28,069 bases of DNA from an uncultured bacterium (lineage in GTDB: Bacteria; Lernaellota; Lernaellaia; Lernaellales; Lernaellaceae). Below the pieces are notes generated by a model. That model made no database searches, was not told the DNA's origin, and saw nothing but the letters and a program-made list of their open reading frames with translations. How positions within the stretch are numbered: position 1 is the stretch's first letter; each line of letters opens with the position of its first letter. The DNA is taken from the NCBI GenBank assembly GCA_964534375.1, contig CAZHPN010000067.1, forward strand, positions 1-28,069, written 5' to 3'. Both the position numbers and the translations under genes were made by a program. This document shows, piece by piece, positions 25,979-28,069 of this stretch.

Positions 25979-26324
25979 CGAAACGCGTCCGTCGGACGAA
26001 TTCGCAGCTATCCGCAGCTCTGCCGTCTTGATTTCTGCTGTCCGACGCGCCGGCCGATCTTTTGGCTCGCCGTTCGTGGGGCTGCCGTCCAGATCGGCGA
26101 TTCTCAAGAAGGCGCGTTTATCGAGAATCGCGGGGGACTTGACACCGAATAGCGACCGCAAGAAAATACTTGACAAGCAACACTGATGATTGGCAAACAG
26201 ATCGAGTTGCGGCATTATTGGCGGGGCGGAGGATCCGGCGGGGGATCGTGCGCCACTGGCCAAAAGGCCCCAACGAGAACGCGGCGTTTGACGATGAGGT
26301 GCGGGGCGGGGTCGCGTCCGTTCC

Positions 26325-26353
26325 TTGACAGGTCAGGCGGGCCTTCTTAGGTT
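26325..26353 (+). promoter_or_regulatory. putative sigma70-type promoter of the S53 peptidase gene
   Basis: TTGACA-N17-TAGGTT, 100 bp upstream of the start codon. Confidence 0.55.
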
Positions 26354-26354
26354 T

Positions 26355-26373
26355 CACCTTAGAAAATAAGGTG
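26355..26373. promoter_or_regulatory. perfect palindrome over the predicted transcription start (operator-like)
   Basis: CACCTTA-GAAAA-TAAGGTG, immediately after the -10 element. Confidence 0.45.
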
Positions 26374-26453
26374 CGGCGTTTTCGCGGATTTCGATGGGAA
26401 ATATTGGCGCAATCGCAGCCAGCGGATCGATTGCGAAGAACGGAGGCTGACTC

Positions 26454-27743
26454 ATGAAATTGGGATATTTTATTGTTGCGGCGATGTTCGTAGCGGCGTT
26501 GGCCCTCGGCTGCGGCGCCGACTCGTCGTCCGGATCGGGCGAAGCGGCCAACGACGCGGCCGACGCGCAGTCGATCGCCCGCTTGGAAATGAGCGTGGCG
26601 CCCTACTGGGAGCCGACCGTCAGCGAGTTGCACGAAGCGGTGTGTCAGCCCGCGGCCCCCGGCGAGGCGCGGTGTCACGCCCACGTGATTGTGGATGAAT
26701 CCGGCAGCCCGAAGGCGACGGTTTCGACGCCCTCCGGCTACGGTCCGACGCAGTTGCGCGGCGCCTACGGCCTGACGGGCTCCGCGACCGGCGTGCCGAT
26801 CATCGCGCTCGTCGACGCGTATGACGACCCGAACGCTTTTGCCGATTTGAACACGTACAGCACGACATACGGTCTGCCGACGTTGGCGACCTGCCCGGCC
26901 TCGCCGTGGCCGCCGACCGCGCCGTGCTTTCGCAAGGTGAACGAGAGCGGCGGCTCGACCCCGCCGCGCGCGAATTCCGGCTGGTCGCTGGAAATTTCGC
27001 TCGACGTGCAAGTCGCGCACGCAATGTGTCAGAATTGCGTCATTCTGTTGGTGGAAGCCAATTCCGCGAACTATTCGGACTTGATGGCCGGCGTCGACCG
27101 CGCGCGGTTGCTGGGCGCGACCGCCATCTCCAATTCGTACGGCGGCAGCGAGTCGTCCGGCGAAACCTCCTACGACAGCCATTTCAACTATCCGGGCATC
27201 GCGTTCACCGTCAGCACCGGCGACAACGGCTACGGCGTCGAATATCCGTCGTCGTCGCCGTACGTGACAGCCGTCGGCGGCACGACCCTGACCCTGTCCG
27301 GCACGACGTACGTCAGCGAGGCCGCCTGGGTCGACGGCGGCAGCGGCTGCAGCAAATATGAACCGCAACCCAGTTTCCAGACCGCGCTGAAGTTGGCGGG
27401 CTGCTCCAAGCGCATGGTGGCGGATGTCGCGGCCGACGCCGACCCAAACACCGGCGCCGCCATCTACGACAGTTACGGCTACAATGGCCAAAAGGGCTGG
27501 TTCCAGGTCGGCGGCACATCGCTGGCCTCGCCGCTGGTGGCAGCCGTTTACGCCCTCGCCGGCGTCCCCGCCACGGCCAAGGCCAATACGCTGCCATACT
27601 CTCTGGGAAATTACTCGACGACGTTGCACGACGTGACCACCGGCGACAACGGCACGTGCAGCCCTGCGTACCTCTGCACCGCGGAGGCCGGCTACGACGG
27701 CCCGACCGGGTTGGGCTCGCCGAAGGGACTCGGCGCGTTTTAG
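26454..27743 (+). CDS. S53 (sedolisin/kumamolisin-like) serine peptidase, predicted lipoprotein
   Basis: EISLD (catalytic E/D), STGDNG (oxyanion Asp), GGTSLASP (catalytic Ser), YDGPTGLGSP Ca-site region. Lipobox ALGC and GGAGG RBS. Confidence 0.9.
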   Translation: MKLGYFIVAAMFVAALALGCGADSSSGSGEAANDAADAQSIARLEMSVAPYWEPTVSELHEAVCQPAAPGEARCHAHVIVDESGSPKATVSTPSGYGPTQLRGAYGLTGSATGVPIIALVDAYDDPNAFADLNTYSTTYGLPTLATCPASPWPPTAPCFRKVNESGGSTPPRANSGWSLEISLDVQVAHAMCQNCVILLVEANSANYSDLMAGVDRARLLGATAISNSYGGSESSGETSYDSHFNYPGIAFTVSTGDNGYGVEYPSSSPYVTAVGGTTLTLSGTTYVSEAAWVDGGSGCSKYEPQPSFQTALKLAGCSKRMVADVAADADPNTGAAIYDSYGYNGQKGWFQVGGTSLASPLVAAVYALAGVPATAKANTLPYSLGNYSTTLHDVTTGDNGTCSPAYLCTAEAGYDGPTGLGSPKGLGAF

Positions 27744-27763
27744 ATTTCGCCTCACCTATTCAG

Positions 27764-27794
27764 AAAAGGGCCGCCTGGGAGCGGCCCTTTCTTT
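27764..27794. terminator. intrinsic terminator, probably bidirectional
   Basis: AAAGGGCCGC-CTGGGA-GCGGCCCTTT followed by CTTT, about 20 bp after the S53 stop, with an A tract on the left side. Confidence 0.8.
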
Positions 27795-28015
27795 CGCCCC
27801 GCCTCCGCGACTTTCGGCCGCTGATCGAGGCGCCAGCCATTTCCAACCAACCAATAGGCGCCAGCCACTTCGGGAACGGGATTCTTGCACGAAGGTAGCC
27901 AGGACAGAAATCCCAGCACGAAAACCGCGTTACGCCGCAAGTGCATCCAAAACAATACCAAAAACGGCGTAGCTGTACCTTTGCGGGGGTTTTGCGCCTC
28001 GGTTGATCCCCATGA

Positions 28016-28066
28016 GTGTTCGATGGTGTTCGAAAATCGAACACGCGTGTTCGAAAATCGAACACG
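28016..28066. repeat. two identical 20-bp direct repeats, each an 8-3-8 palindrome, plus one half-site
   Basis: GTGTTCGAAAATCGAACACG at 28026-28045 and 28047-28066 (21-bp period), with an extra GTGTTCGA at 28016-28023. Confidence 0.85.
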
Positions 28067-28069
28067 GAC

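Noticed and set aside
26405..26419. Sigma54-like TGGCGC-N7-GC upstream of the S53 gene
   Set aside because: The -12 element reads CAGC rather than TTGC, and a better sigma70 promoter lies at 26325-26353.
19371..27755. Long minus-strand ORFs 19371..21611, 24299..26263 and 26118..27755
   Set aside because: Antisense shadows of the phosphoesterase, acyl-CoA synthetase and S53 genes.
27752..28065. Short minus-strand ORFs (69 and 101 aa)
   Set aside because: No recognisable motif. The FDFRT repeat simply reflects the DNA palindromes, and both ORFs run through the terminator.
28016..28066. CRISPR array or LexA SOS box reading of the terminal repeats
   Set aside because: The repeats are separated by one base, with no spacer, and no cas genes are present. 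CGAAC-N6-GTTCG does not fit the N4 Gram-positive box, and GTTC-N6-GTTC does not fit the N7 alphaproteobacterial box.

Overview
GC-rich bacterial window with no rRNA, tRNA, CRISPR array or mobile element that I can support. Bases 1-17158 are entirely minus-strand genes. In reading order: mntP, a rhomboid protease, an M28 peptidase, a GT-C-like polytopic membrane protein, a 2735-aa pentapeptide-repeat/TM/TPR-like protein, and a BMP-family nucleoside-type ABC importer cut off at the left edge. The right half holds a divergently transcribed paralog of the GT-C-like protein, two tandem secreted metallophosphoesterases, alkB, a 7-repeat beta-propeller lipoprotein, an acyl-CoA synthetase and an S53 lipoprotein peptidase with a terminator. 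The most unusual element is the giant protein. A predicted cytoplasmic pentapeptide-repeat domain is joined by one TM helix to about 65 TPR-like units arranged in a nested period (37-38 aa unit, 187-aa module, 561-aa supermodule). Any functional link between it and its GT-C/protease neighbours is inference only. Several operator-like palindromes also occur, notably tandem 8-3-8 palindromes at the right edge.
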